Source: a virus
Lineage: Duplodnaviria; Caudoviricetes
Length of the DNA: 64,000 nucleotides
Direction: 5' to 3' (one strand)
IMG/VR virus record: IMGVR_UViG_3300044556_000077
Coordinates: 1 to 64,000 of that record
The translations under genes were made by a program, and so were the position numbers. This document shows, in pieces, positions 39,601 to 50,060 of the stretch (its first letter is position 1; every line of letters begins with the position of its first letter). The notes below the pieces were generated by a model. That model searched no databases and was not told the origin of the DNA. It was given only the letters and a program-made list of their open reading frames with translations.

Positions 39601-39881
39601 AGCGTAATGGCAGCGTGAACGACTGAGTGATTAAATCTCATAGGATATTACATGAGAATGCGACAGTCTGAACTTCCGATATAACCTAACATTTATAGAA
39701 GTCGGAGATAACAAAAGCGGACGACAGATCGTACACTCTAGCTCTTTTAGGCTATTCTTTAGATCAAGCACGTAAACAAGACTATCTTAACTCACATAAA
39801 CGAGAAAAACAAACGTCTGGATTAGCAAAGTTATTTGCTTCTCAGGCAAAGAAAGCAACGAGGAAAACTGGCATATTCTAG
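36600..39881 (+). CDS. terL: Terminase large subunit, spliced: join(36600..36908,37887..39506,39720..39881), 696 aa
   Basis: Splicing restores Walker A CSRG|FGKST and nuclease LH|DDRSY; Walker B IFDESG; AYDPARSRDNS. Confidence 0.92.
36909..37886 (+). mobile_element. Group I intron (978 nt) with LAGLIDADG homing endonuclease
   Basis: P1 GAGGT/GCCTC with U.G; core AAATCGGTGAAG, TAATACCGAG, GTAACGCATA, AAATATATGC; terminal G. Confidence 0.92.
37042..37701 (+). CDS. Intron-encoded LAGLIDADG homing endonuclease
   Basis: GAIIGSIMGDLGI and LFLWYLDDG helices; RBS GGAGG before ATG 37042; AT-rich. Confidence 0.88.
   Translation: MNLNKYIKNDRELKGAIIGSIMGDLGICKKEGKNTNAWFTMTHGAEQKDYLKFKSDILEMHPLVKMKMYKRTTHLKKTERDYLQFQSTSNNNKYATYLYNLIYPNKKKIVNKKILDQITDFGLFLWYLDDGYLNIRRYPDGKIKEYRIFLYTMNFKFNEVVMIRDWFIEKYNISPNINKKQNGYILYFNSKKTRDFMEIINKYYNLVPCLNRKFLCEYI
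39507..39719 (+). ncRNA. Compact group I intron (213 nt) in terL
   Basis: P1 CTGCAT/GTGCAG with U.G; P7 GACTG/CAGTC; terminal G; restores HDDR. Confidence 0.88.
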
Positions 39882-39923
39882 TCTTCCTTTATCTAGGGAT
39901 TAATTTTAGAAAGGAGGTTTTGT

Positions 39924-41711
39924 ATGCCAGAAGTCTCAAACAATAATACTCAGAATAAGCGTAGACGGTCTAATTCAAAATATAAAAAGAAGAAGACTCA
40001 ATCATACAGCAAAGGTTCGAAGTTTCGTTCTAAGCAGAATAAAAATGCTAAAAATAACATTAAGAAACCTGATTTTGAGTTGCCGAAGCAGAATTTTAAC
40101 AAGACTATTGTTGAAAGCGAAAAAGAGATCAAGCAGAAAGAAAAAGATGAAAAGCGTCAACTCTCTGTTACCCAGTTGAGAAATTGGTATCAGAAGAATT
40201 CTAAAGAAATCGAGCGTTTCAAGAATGCCGAAGCACTTAAGCAACTTGGTATTCCTTCTAAGGAAAGAACTGCTTCTGCTACTACGTTTAGTAAGACAAA
40301 GCTGAGAACATATCTGAAGAACCCTATCAGAAACTATAAGAATCTTAGGAATCTAAGCAGATACTTAAGATATCGTTCTCAAGCTTATAGAAGATTAATC
40401 ACATACAATGCTTCAATGATTAATCTGAATTACAGAAGCGTAATCCCTCTTGTAGATATTAATAAGATGGATCGCTCTACTAATAAAAAGAAGACAATTA
40501 AGAGTTATTACAATACTCTTGAATGTCTTGAAGTAATGAATCTCCCTTTGGAGTTTTACAAGGTTTATATCACCTGTTGGACGGAAGATGTATTCTTTGG
40601 ATGTGCCTACTTTGATAAGGCGAACAATGAATTCTTTATTCTGCCATTAGACCCAGATTATTGTAAAACTATTGGTATCTACCCTACTGGTGACTTGGCA
40701 TTTGATATGGACATGTCCTACTTCGATTCAAGACAGGATATTCTTGAACTTTGGGGTGAGCCGTTTCAATCGATGTATAAAGAGTATCAGAAAGATACAG
40801 TAAATAATAAGTGGGTACAAATGCCAGATCAGTATTGTGTATGTTTGAAGCAAAATATTGATGACTGGGAAACTCCTATTCCACCTTACATTGCATTATT
40901 CAACTCTCTGATTAATTTAGAGGATCTTGTTGATATCACGGCAATTGCAGATGAACAGCAGATTTATAAAATGATTGTTGCTCAGATGGATACAATTACC
41001 GGATCTGCGGAAAGAGATGATTTTACTGTAGACCCTTATACAGCGATTGAGTATTTTAACAGATTGAAAGATCAGCTCCCTGATTATACAGAAGCTGTGC
41101 TCTCACCTCTCAAGCTTGATACGATCTCATTCGACAATGACCAGACTACAGATGTTAATAAGGTAGAGAATGCTACTAAGGCAGTATTTAATACATCTGG
41201 TGGCGCACAAGTTTTGAACTCTTCTACTATTAGTGGAACAACAGCTTGGAATGGTGCTATCAGATCGGATGAAGAATTTGCTTTGTCTTCTCTCCTTCCA
41301 CAGACAGAATCATGGATTAACAGGTTCTTGGCTTGTTATATTTCTAATCCTTCTAAGGTTAAGTTCTTGGAAACAACAAGATACACAGTGAATGACTTTA
41401 AGACATCTCTCCTGAAGGATGCAACTTATGGTCTTCCAAACAAGCTGATTATCAATTCTCTGAATGGATTGTCAGAGCTTGAAACAATCAGTCTGAATTA
41501 TCTTGAGGAAGACTGCCTTGGACTGAGTAGTAAATTCGTTCCACTTCAGAGCAGTAATACAATGAACACTGGCAACTTAAGTAACGATCCTGATTCCAAT
41601 AAGAAGACAGACCCTACTGCCAGTGATGGTTCTGAGGGAGCACCTAGTAAGGATGATACAGCATTAACAGATGAAGGTGAAGCTTCTAGAGACAAGAGAG
41701 ATCAAAGCTAG
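39924..41711 (+). CDS. Portal protein (YonE-like)
   Basis: Follows terL; LRNLSRYL, LPLDPDYC motifs; 595 aa. Confidence 0.75.
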   Translation: MPEVSNNNTQNKRRRSNSKYKKKKTQSYSKGSKFRSKQNKNAKNNIKKPDFELPKQNFNKTIVESEKEIKQKEKDEKRQLSVTQLRNWYQKNSKEIERFKNAEALKQLGIPSKERTASATTFSKTKLRTYLKNPIRNYKNLRNLSRYLRYRSQAYRRLITYNASMINLNYRSVIPLVDINKMDRSTNKKKTIKSYYNTLECLEVMNLPLEFYKVYITCWTEDVFFGCAYFDKANNEFFILPLDPDYCKTIGIYPTGDLAFDMDMSYFDSRQDILELWGEPFQSMYKEYQKDTVNNKWVQMPDQYCVCLKQNIDDWETPIPPYIALFNSLINLEDLVDITAIADEQQIYKMIVAQMDTITGSAERDDFTVDPYTAIEYFNRLKDQLPDYTEAVLSPLKLDTISFDNDQTTDVNKVENATKAVFNTSGGAQVLNSSTISGTTAWNGAIRSDEEFALSSLLPQTESWINRFLACYISNPSKVKFLETTRYTVNDFKTSLLKDATYGLPNKLIINSLNGLSELETISLNYLEEDCLGLSSKFVPLQSSNTMNTGNLSNDPDSNKKTDPTASDGSEGAPSKDDTALTDEGEASRDKRDQS

Positions 41712-41725
41712 AAAGAAGGATTCAG

Positions 41726-41947
41726 ATGGATACGAAGTTAGATAAGCGTGACAGTAATTTCATTATTGCTGCCAATGAATATACGTTAGAACGACTGTTG
41801 AAAGCGGGTTCTTGTTTGGTATCAAAGTTCAATTCTGGGAACACTGAGTATTATGTACTGACTAATACATGTTCAGCATTTGATATGGATACGTTTTCTC
41901 AGGATGAGAAGATGAACTTTGCCTACTCTAACAAGGCTTTCTTTTAA
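41726..41947 (+). CDS. Small hypothetical protein
   Basis: 73-aa ORF in the head operon. Confidence 0.65.
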   Translation: MDTKLDKRDSNFIIAANEYTLERLLKAGSCLVSKFNSGNTEYYVLTNTCSAFDMDTFSQDEKMNFAYSNKAFF

Positions 41948-41964
41948 GTAAGGAGTTTTTTATT

Positions 41965-43692
41965 ATGGCAAAAATTAAGAAGTTATTGACTTTTGACGAT
42001 TTAGTCAACTTCTGTGAAACAAGCCATTTGAAATCTTTCTCATTTAAGGATTCTGGTTATAGATTGGCATTGCAAGTTCCTTCTACTTTTGAAATTGATA
42101 ATTCTAGTAATCGTGATGGACTGTTAGACATCAAAGTAAAAGTAATGCATATTGGGAAAAATAGAAATCAATCTTACATTTCCGAAGATGCAGTGAAGAA
42201 AGCAATGTCATCTATCAAGAATCGTCCTGTATTGGGATATATTCATCAGTTAGATGATGGCAGTTATGATTTTTATGGTCATAACATTGAGATTGTTGAA
42301 AATGAAGACGGTGATAACGAGGTTGAATACCTTGAGTATCCTGTTGGAAATTTCACAGAAGATGAGCCAACTTTAGAGTATGATCCAGAGCATGATAAAA
42401 CCTATCTGGTTGCTCATGCTGTTATTTATGAGGAGTACTCTAAGGCAGCCGATATTATTAGAGAAAAACAAGGCACTAAGAATTCCTGTGAGATCATCAT
42501 TAATTCTTTTGCTTATAATGCGAAAGAAAGATGTGTTGAAATTCAGGACTTTTATTTTAGTGGATCTACATTGCTCGGATCAGATGATGCAGGAAACGAA
42601 ATCCTTGAAGGGATGGAAGGCTCAAGAGCAGACATTGTAGATTTTAGTGAACAGAATAACAGTATGTTTGCTCATAAACCAATTGATAATCCTGCATCTG
42701 AGAATGAAAGAAAGGAGGACGATAGAGTGTTAGAGGAACTTTTAAAAAAGTACGGCAAGACTGTAGAAGATCTTACTTTCGATTATTCTGAGTTATCTGA
42801 CGAAGAGCTTAAGAAAAAGTTTGAAGACGAATTCGACATTGATATTGATGATGATGACGATGACGTAGATGATGACTCCGATGACGATGATGAAGAAATC
42901 GAGGAGACTACAGAAACGACTATCGAAGAAGAAGACGATGACGATGATGATGACGATTCTGACGAAGATGAGGATGAGGATGAGGATGACGAAGACGATG
43001 ATCTTGACAATCCTGATGATGAGTTCTCCAAGAATGAAGAGCCAAAGGCAGAGCCAGATTCTTCCGAGAAGAAGTGTGGTGGCGGTAGAAAGAGAGATGT
43101 ATACGAAGTTCGCATGGACGAAATTTGGGGCATCATTTATCAGCTGACTGAGCAGTATCGTAATCCAGTTGATAATGCTGACGAGTATTGCATTCCAACT
43201 GAAGTCTATGAGACATATTTCATTATGTGCGACTACAACAGTGACAGACATTACAAGGTATCCTACTCTGTTGATGGTGACAATGTAACTATTGGTGAAA
43301 ACAGAGTTGAGGTATTCCCTGAGTGGCTGACTGCTGATCAGAAGACTGCACTCGATACACTTCAGAGTCGTTTTGAAGAAGTATCTACGGATCTTCAGAA
43401 ATATAAAGATGCTGAAGATAAGGCTAACAAGGAGGCTGTACTCGCTGACGAGGCTTATGAACAATTTGCTGATACAGAAGAGTTTAAGACGCTTCATGAG
43501 AAGATGGATGAGTTTACTCTTGATGAGCTTAAAGAAAAGGCAGAACTTGCTTTTGCTAAGTGCGTAAAAGAAGCAGGATCTTTTTCTGCTCATAAGAAAG
43601 AACCACAGAAGACGAGTACGAGATATGCTTTCTTGAATCCAAACAACACGGTTGAACATAAGAATCCTTATGGCAATCTGTTTGAGGAATAG
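41965..43692 (+). CDS. Prohead protease/scaffold-like protein (YonD-like) with long acidic tract
   Basis: HIGKNRNQS, NSCEI, GMEGS motifs; D/E tract; coiled-coil C-terminus. Confidence 0.7.
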   Translation: MAKIKKLLTFDDLVNFCETSHLKSFSFKDSGYRLALQVPSTFEIDNSSNRDGLLDIKVKVMHIGKNRNQSYISEDAVKKAMSSIKNRPVLGYIHQLDDGSYDFYGHNIEIVENEDGDNEVEYLEYPVGNFTEDEPTLEYDPEHDKTYLVAHAVIYEEYSKAADIIREKQGTKNSCEIIINSFAYNAKERCVEIQDFYFSGSTLLGSDDAGNEILEGMEGSRADIVDFSEQNNSMFAHKPIDNPASENERKEDDRVLEELLKKYGKTVEDLTFDYSELSDEELKKKFEDEFDIDIDDDDDDVDDDSDDDDEEIEETTETTIEEEDDDDDDDDSDEDEDEDEDDEDDDLDNPDDEFSKNEEPKAEPDSSEKKCGGGRKRDVYEVRMDEIWGIIYQLTEQYRNPVDNADEYCIPTEVYETYFIMCDYNSDRHYKVSYSVDGDNVTIGENRVEVFPEWLTADQKTALDTLQSRFEEVSTDLQKYKDAEDKANKEAVLADEAYEQFADTEEFKTLHEKMDEFTLDELKEKAELAFAKCVKEAGSFSAHKKEPQKTSTRYAFLNPNNTVEHKNPYGNLFEE

Positions 43693-43738
43693 AAATTTAC
43701 ACAATATTAAGATAAATAATTTAAAGGAGGAAATGTAA

Positions 43739-44209
43739 ATGGCTACAAATTTTCTGAATTTTACAAAGCATGCAATCGCTGGTAGTTCCAGATTGAAGGC
43801 TACGACTGCTGGCCATATTTATGACATCGTTGCAGATAAGAACTATGATAACGGCACTCTGATTACCAAGGGTGACTATGTAGAGAACCAGACATACAAG
43901 GCTGGTGCTGCTGCAACAGCATTTGAGGGAAAGATCATTGATATTGCTGCTAATGGCAACTATTATGTTGAGGTTGTTACTCCGGGAGATGCTCTGCTGA
44001 TCCTGACTTCCCCGCTGATCTATGAGGATTATACATCTCAGATGACAGCTGAGTCTAACTTCTTCAACGCAAAGGGAGACATTATGAGAGCTTATGAGCT
44101 GTACAAGGGTGATGTTTTCGAGCTGTCTGCTGAAGGTTTCGAAGGAGCTGTTAAGAAGGGTGACAAGGTTAAGGTTACAACTACTCTTCTGAAGCAGGCT
44201 AATGCGTAA
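43739..44209 (+). CDS. Head decoration-like protein (YonC-like)
   Basis: Between scaffold and capsid; RAYELYKGDVFELS. Confidence 0.6.
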   Translation: MATNFLNFTKHAIAGSSRLKATTAGHIYDIVADKNYDNGTLITKGDYVENQTYKAGAAATAFEGKIIDIAANGNYYVEVVTPGDALLILTSPLIYEDYTSQMTAESNFFNAKGDIMRAYELYKGDVFELSAEGFEGAVKKGDKVKVTTTLLKQANA

Positions 44210-44240
44210 TTAATTGATTAAGTGAGAGGAGGTTTATAAT

Positions 44241-45723
44241 ATGCCTATTATGAGATTTAGTAATCCGAATACAAATGCCGTAATCGAAGACTATGGCTTT
44301 GAAGATACAAAGAGACTGATGTTTGATGCTGGTGTTAATTCCCTGAAGGGTGTTTCTCCGAAAAAAGCTGATGGAAAGATCAGAGAGATTTTCCAGAACA
44401 TTTTGGGTGTTAGTGAGAATTCTTCTGCTAAAGAGCTGAGAAATGCTATCAGAAGAAATGCTATTTCTGTATATGAAGTAATCGAAGAGGTTGTTCCGCA
44501 GCTGATGAGAGTTGGTTGGGCTGAGAATCCGTTCTTCGATGCTTTTGTTGAGTATAGAAATGGTGCACTGGGTGACACTAACGAGTTCTATGTAGAGGAT
44601 GACACAATCCTGTCTGTAGCAAAGCTGTCTGGTGGACACCATGATATTATTCGTCAGAGACTCGGTGAAGGAAGTTCGTTCTCTGTTAAGACTAACTGGT
44701 ACGGGGTTAGATATTAGCTCCCAAGCATCGTGAGGTGCTTCGTAATATATAAATGCATTGAACTGCTGGAATTTCTTAAAGCTGATTACACTAAAACGTA
44801 AGTATGAAATAAGACTAGGCGTGAATGCCACGAAAGTAGAAAAAAGTAATCAGATGGTGCAAGGTTAAACCCTAAACACTGAATAATATACATAATATTA
44901 TTACAATAGAGAATCAGCATCCAAGTTCCGAATAGGAAAAGGATCAACGACTATCCCCTTGTGGGAGTAGAATTGCAAGCGATTGGTAATTCGAAGTGGT
45001 GCGCTCATTCAATGAGAATGAGAAAGATATAGTCTAATCTTTAGTGAAAGCTAAAGGGCTTAATGCCAACACAGAGTAGCGTCTGTAGTTAAATACAAAT
45101 GAAAGATCTACACAGAGTTTGAGCTGTTCATGGCAGGAAGAATTGATTGGGCTTCTTTTGTTCAGAAGATTTATGATGCTTATGACAGAATGATGAATGA
45201 TATGCTGTACAAGGCTACTATTGATGCAGCTGCAGCTGTTACCCCGGCATCCACATTCACAGCAACAGGTAAACTTGATACAACTACAGTTGATCATCTG
45301 ATCGAGGTTGTTGAGAACGTTGAGATGGCTACACAGGAACAGGCAACAATCGTAGGAACGAAGGTTGCTCTGTCCAAGCTGAGTAAGATCGTACCAGCTG
45401 AGTGGATTTCCAACGAGATGAAGCAGGAAAGACATCAGACAGGTGCTCTGGGACTTTGGGAAGGAATTCCTCTGCTTGAGATTAAGCAAGGATTTAAAGA
45501 CAGAACTTATACAACTAAGGTTGCAAAGGATGACGTTCTGCTCATTATTCCGTCTGGGGACAACAAGTTCATCAAGGTATTTGATGAGGGTGATGCTCAG
45601 ATTTATCAGGTTCAGGATTCTGCAACGAACATGGATATGACCATGACTTATGAGTATCAGCAGAAGATGGGTATTGCTACTGTTATGAATACTAAGATTG
45701 GTAGCTACACCATCACAGCTTAA
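44241..45723 (+). CDS. Major capsid protein, spliced: join(44241..44707,45102..45723), 362 aa
   Basis: FVEYRNGALGD.NEF, IIRQRL; splicing restores WYGV|KIYTEFELFMAGRIDW. Confidence 0.85.
44708..45101 (+). ncRNA. Group I intron (394 nt, no ORF) in the major capsid gene
   Basis: P1 GGGGT/GCTCC with U.G; GAACTGCTGGAA, AATCAGCA, TCAACGACTA, AAGATATAGTC; terminal G. Confidence 0.92.
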
Positions 45724-45754
45724 TTAGTAGCTATATAATTAAAATACTTGAAAT

Positions 45755-45793
45755 AAATAGAGTAAGGGCATTTTACTGCCCCTACTCTATTTT
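45755..45793 (+). terminator. Terminator after the capsid gene
   Basis: AAATAGAGTAAGGGCA/TGCCCCTACTCTATTT stem. Confidence 0.65.
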
Positions 45794-45819
45794 AATACAT
45801 GAAGAAAAGGAGTTTATTA

Positions 45820-46491
45820 ATGGCAACAGTTGGAAATAAGAAAACAACTAAGGCTACGTCCACAAAGGCTGCTACTGTCAAGAAGACAGCTACAACAGCC
45901 AAGGCTAAGACAACTCCAGTTAAAAAGGTAGAAAAGGTTGAAGAAAAAGAGCCTACTATCTCTGCAAAGGATGTGACTTCTGCGGTTGCATCTGGTGTTG
46001 CAGCTGGTGTCGAGGCAGCTATGGAGAAAACGCACAAACAGAGTAATGACAGTGATCTTATTACTTGTTGTTCTGTTACATTTGGTAAGCTGATTGTCTC
46101 TGGAAAGTCATTTGATGATGTATATATTTTCTACAACTATGGAGATACATGCGAAATCTCTGTTAAGGATTTAAAGACCCTCAGATCGACTCGTTCCAGA
46201 TTCTTGTTCGATCCAATGTTTATGATTGAAGATGAAGAGTTTCTTGAACAGCCTGAGTGGAGCAGATTAAAGAAACTTTATGATGAGCTGACTTATAAGG
46301 ATGCTGTTGAAATCCTGAATCTGCCTAATGACAGATTTGAAAAGGCACTTGGTAATCTGCCTGATGGATTTATTAAGGCTATCCAGTCTGCTATTTCTAC
46401 AGGACTGACTGATGGAACATTCGATTCAATTAATAAGGTGCGTATTTTTGACAGAGTTTGTGGAACTGACCTGAAATGCTTAATTGGTTAA
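45820..46491 (+). CDS. Head-associated hypothetical protein (YonA-like by position)
   Basis: RBS AAGGAG before ATG 45820; K/T/A-rich N-terminus. Confidence 0.6.
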   Translation: MATVGNKKTTKATSTKAATVKKTATTAKAKTTPVKKVEKVEEKEPTISAKDVTSAVASGVAAGVEAAMEKTHKQSNDSDLITCCSVTFGKLIVSGKSFDDVYIFYNYGDTCEISVKDLKTLRSTRSRFLFDPMFMIEDEEFLEQPEWSRLKKLYDELTYKDAVEILNLPNDRFEKALGNLPDGFIKAIQSAISTGLTDGTFDSINKVRIFDRVCGTDLKCLIG

Positions 46492-46503
46492 AGGAGGTTT
46501 CAT

Positions 46504-46944
46504 ATGACAAAATACACACAGATTTTTAATGTATTCTTGTCTAAGATTGAAGACTCAGACCTCCCACAGCTTTCAGAAAATGATCAGATGCTCGAACTAA
46601 ACACATGGCTTGATTCGGCTCTTGGTGAAATGGAAATCGAGGGTGTCAAGATTATGCATGACATTCACGACAGAGATTCCGTAAAAGGCATTTTTAATAA
46701 CACACTGTCCGTTGGTGAAATTGAAGTCATTGCTAGGTATATGGTCATTGCATGGTATGATCGCAAGATCAATTCGTTAGAACATATTCTTCTCTTTGTT
46801 GGTACGAAGGAAGAAAAATTTACAAACCAGAAAGACCACTTAGCAGCGTTGAAAAACGCAAGACAAGGCTATAGACAGGAAGTTAGACGGATGATCGCAG
46901 AGTATGGTTTTAAAAATAACACCTATCTGCAGGAGGAAAAGTAA
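46504..46944 (+). CDS. Putative head-tail adaptor
   Basis: MTKYTQIFNVFLSKIED motif; position. Confidence 0.55.
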   Translation: MTKYTQIFNVFLSKIEDSDLPQLSENDQMLELNTWLDSALGEMEIEGVKIMHDIHDRDSVKGIFNNTLSVGEIEVIARYMVIAWYDRKINSLEHILLFVGTKEEKFTNQKDHLAALKNARQGYRQEVRRMIAEYGFKNNTYLQEEK

Positions 46945-46946
46945 AA

Positions 46947-47270
46947 ATGCAATATAAATATGGAGAATACACGCAAGAGCAAGTTCACGATTATAAGAAG
47001 AAACTGCACAGCCTTGTGCATTGGCTTCTTATTTATAAAGAACAGAAGAGCAACAATTTAGATAATTATTTTAACATTGTACAGAGTAAGCTTGATGGTT
47101 ATGACGAATTAGTCAACCACCCTGATGTAATGGTTGAGATTATGAATCTTGTAGAGTCTGCCAGACTTGAGAGCAAGAAAGAAGATTACTCTCATAAATT
47201 ATATCGAAGCTTAATTTTAGATACACACGATCTTATTGATAAGTTACCAGAAGTAGATCAGGCTGAATAA
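46947..47270 (+). CDS. Hypothetical virion morphogenesis protein
   Basis: ORF track; operon context. Confidence 0.6.
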   Translation: MQYKYGEYTQEQVHDYKKKLHSLVHWLLIYKEQKSNNLDNYFNIVQSKLDGYDELVNHPDVMVEIMNLVESARLESKKEDYSHKLYRSLILDTHDLIDKLPEVDQAE

Positions 47271-47285
47271 TGGTGGTGATATATT

Positions 47286-48506
47286 ATGCAGGATGTATTT
47301 ATTCGCAGAATGCAAAAGAAGATCATACCTTCAACCAATGATTATAATCTGGCAAGTAGATTTATTTCCAACGCTAATATTATTGAGAATGCAACATTTA
47401 CCAATGACCCTAACTGGCATGTTGGTATGTTGTACAATCAGATGTTAGAACCATTAAGGGAAGTAGATTTTAAGATTCAGAAAAATAAAAGTTACGATCC
47501 ATCTCAGGACGTTGTTGACTATCTGTTTCAATTCAGACCGGGCTTTCATCCAGAACAGGAATTTAAATACCCTGATGGAAGAGAGAGGACTGGTTTCTAT
47601 ATTGATGTTGCTGATCCAGAAGACAGATCACATGTATGTAAATGGATAATTTATGGTAAAGATGAAAGACGCTCATTTGATAGATATGTAGGACTCCGAT
47701 GCAATTGGGAGTTTGAATGGGTGGTATCAGAAGATCCAAGATCATATAAGAAAACCTATTATCATACACTTGGGATTTTAAGAGATTCGAGTAACGAAAA
47801 CTCTACTGTGTGGAGAGATACGCTGACAGAGACAATGGCTCAACAGATTTATTTTGTTGTTCCAACTACTGATATTACAAGAACAATAGATTATAATTTA
47901 AGATTCATGCTTGGTGATAATCCATTGCATCCACGCACATTTAAAGTGACAAAGATATTTGATACCGCTCCTTTTGGTATTACAAAATTTGTTTTATCAC
48001 AGTGCTTAAGAGAGCCACATAAAGATTTTAATGGAAGTTCGGAAGACTTAAAGCAATACAAATCATATATTGATGCTTCCATGCTACCTACTTTTGATGA
48101 TTTATATGGTGGAGATTATCATCAAATTTGCGATGTTTTACGTGATAACACACAAGACTCAGCAGATACATATAGAAAAGATGAATCAAAAGAAACTAAT
48201 ATTGATAGCGGTTGGAAATTATCTGATGTTGGAGATAAATTATACATTAATGCTCAACCTGTAATTATCAAAGCAACAAACGCTAATAAAGATGCGGTAT
48301 CACCAGAATGGCATATATACATTGATGGAAATGAATACCCATTTAAGGATGGCGAATTAAAAGAATATTTCGATATTACATTGAGTGACAATACATTATC
48401 CGTCCGAGTAATTAACTATGTTATGGCAGGGTATGTGTTGAAGGTATCAATTAAAGATCAAAATGGAAAGCTTTCTGACAGCGTAGAGTTGGAGGTTGTT
48501 AATTAA
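47286..48506 (+). CDS. Putative head-closure/neck protein
   Basis: 406 aa; LRCNWEFEW; position. Confidence 0.5.
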   Translation: MQDVFIRRMQKKIIPSTNDYNLASRFISNANIIENATFTNDPNWHVGMLYNQMLEPLREVDFKIQKNKSYDPSQDVVDYLFQFRPGFHPEQEFKYPDGRERTGFYIDVADPEDRSHVCKWIIYGKDERRSFDRYVGLRCNWEFEWVVSEDPRSYKKTYYHTLGILRDSSNENSTVWRDTLTETMAQQIYFVVPTTDITRTIDYNLRFMLGDNPLHPRTFKVTKIFDTAPFGITKFVLSQCLREPHKDFNGSSEDLKQYKSYIDASMLPTFDDLYGGDYHQICDVLRDNTQDSADTYRKDESKETNIDSGWKLSDVGDKLYINAQPVIIKATNANKDAVSPEWHIYIDGNEYPFKDGELKEYFDITLSDNTLSVRVINYVMAGYVLKVSIKDQNGKLSDSVELEVVN

Positions 48507-48508
48507 TC

Positions 48509-49144
48509 ATGGAGTTCAAGGAGAAAACATGTGATGTAGTCCTGTCCCCTACTATGGATGCGTATGTAAAGAATTCTTCTTCATTACATCCTGAAGGGAA
48601 TTTTGACGAGATCACTAACATTAAATACAAAATTATGAAAATGCTTACCAGCGATGGTGATATTTTAAGAACACTGCACAACACTGAATTAGAGAAGTAT
48701 GTACCTACTTTGTATGATCCTAAATATATGAACGATCCAAAGTTAGATAAACAGCATAATGGTGATGTATATATTGATACTAATGTATTCAATTTTTTAC
48801 GTATTCCAGATATTGCGAGTGATGTAAAAACATATATTGGATTTGAAGTAGATGATGTTGAAATTCCTGATTTCAATACAAGCAGAATGACTAGAAACAT
48901 TACATTTAGGACAGTTTCTTATAAAGAAGAAAGCAAGACTAAATACGGAATCAGAAGACAGGATTTGCTTGCTTTACTGATCCGCAATAAATTTAACTGG
49001 ACTAATAAGTTTGGTCTTTCTGTTCATACAATTTGTAACGAAGGTAAACTTCTGGAGAGTGGCTATTACTACAGAGATATTATTCTGAACATGACAGCAA
49101 CGAATGATACTTATGATAGTATCAATAATAGTGGAGTTGTTTAA
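48509..49144 (+). CDS. Putative tail terminator/completion protein
   Basis: RQDLLALLIRNKFNW; position. Confidence 0.5.
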   Translation: MEFKEKTCDVVLSPTMDAYVKNSSSLHPEGNFDEITNIKYKIMKMLTSDGDILRTLHNTELEKYVPTLYDPKYMNDPKLDKQHNGDVYIDTNVFNFLRIPDIASDVKTYIGFEVDDVEIPDFNTSRMTRNITFRTVSYKEESKTKYGIRRQDLLALLIRNKFNWTNKFGLSVHTICNEGKLLESGYYYRDIILNMTATNDTYDSINNSGVV

Positions 49145-49983
49145 TGTCAGATGTTTTAAATGAAATAAGTAATACAAGTAATGCTAGTCCTACTGCTCCA
49201 GAATCACAATCACTATTTGAATACGACATGCTTCAGATGTATATGAATACGTCTGATTATCATGTGACAGATAAAATTACTATTCATCAGCCTACTATTG
49301 GTGAAATCACACAGTATGGTGAAAAGGATTTTTTTAGAATGACAGCTGCGCTGTGCGCCAATCCAACTTCTTTAAGGCTTGAGCTTTGGGATCTTGGAAT
49401 TGATTGGAACAAGATTACTGAGTTTCAATTATTTACTATGGTTGCCCCACAATGGGAGCAGAAGCAGACTGAAATTCTATTTGGTGATCTTGATTTTCAA
49501 AAGTTTAAATTAACTACTAAAGAAAATAGTGATGATCTAGTAATGGTTTATTTGCCAGATATTTCTATTCAAATAGATGAATTGGTTTATTTACAGATTG
49601 TAGATTATTTAAGGTTTATGTTTAACATACATCCAAAGGTTGAAAGAGCGAAAGGTAAAACCACAAAAGAATTTATTATAGAGGGTGATCGCATGGATAA
49701 AGCTGCTCAAGAGCGGTTAGAGCGAATGCATCCTGAAAAAAGAGATAGTGGTGTTTTGTTTCGCCTGATTTCAAGTGCAGTTAACCATCCGGGCTTTAAG
49801 TATAAAAAAAATGAACTTATCGATGTTGGTATCGTTGAGTTCTTGGATAGTGTAAACAGACTCAGATTGTATGAACAATGCACTTCTGTTATGAAAGGTA
49901 TTTACAGCGGGTTTGTAGACACGAAAGGAATGAATATACAGAAAGAAACAGACTGGACACAGGATATGTATTCTAGTGATTAG
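49144..49983 (+). CDS. Hypothetical tail-region protein
   Basis: ITIHQPTIGEI, NHPGFKY, GIYSGFVD. Confidence 0.6.
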   Translation: MSDVLNEISNTSNASPTAPESQSLFEYDMLQMYMNTSDYHVTDKITIHQPTIGEITQYGEKDFFRMTAALCANPTSLRLELWDLGIDWNKITEFQLFTMVAPQWEQKQTEILFGDLDFQKFKLTTKENSDDLVMVYLPDISIQIDELVYLQIVDYLRFMFNIHPKVERAKGKTTKEFIIEGDRMDKAAQERLERMHPEKRDSGVLFRLISSAVNHPGFKYKKNELIDVGIVEFLDSVNRLRLYEQCTSVMKGIYSGFVDTKGMNIQKETDWTQDMYSSD

Positions 49984-50060
49984 TCTGATTTTCTATATAT
50001 AATTTACAAAATATTCTTGCTTTCTAAGCAAAACAAATTCTTTAACAAAGGAGGAAAACT

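Noticed and set aside
42783-43704. Long antisense ORFs (also 50004-50909, 16752-17453, 2619-3218 and similar)
   Set aside because: Shadows of well-supported plus-strand genes with low-complexity or implausible translations
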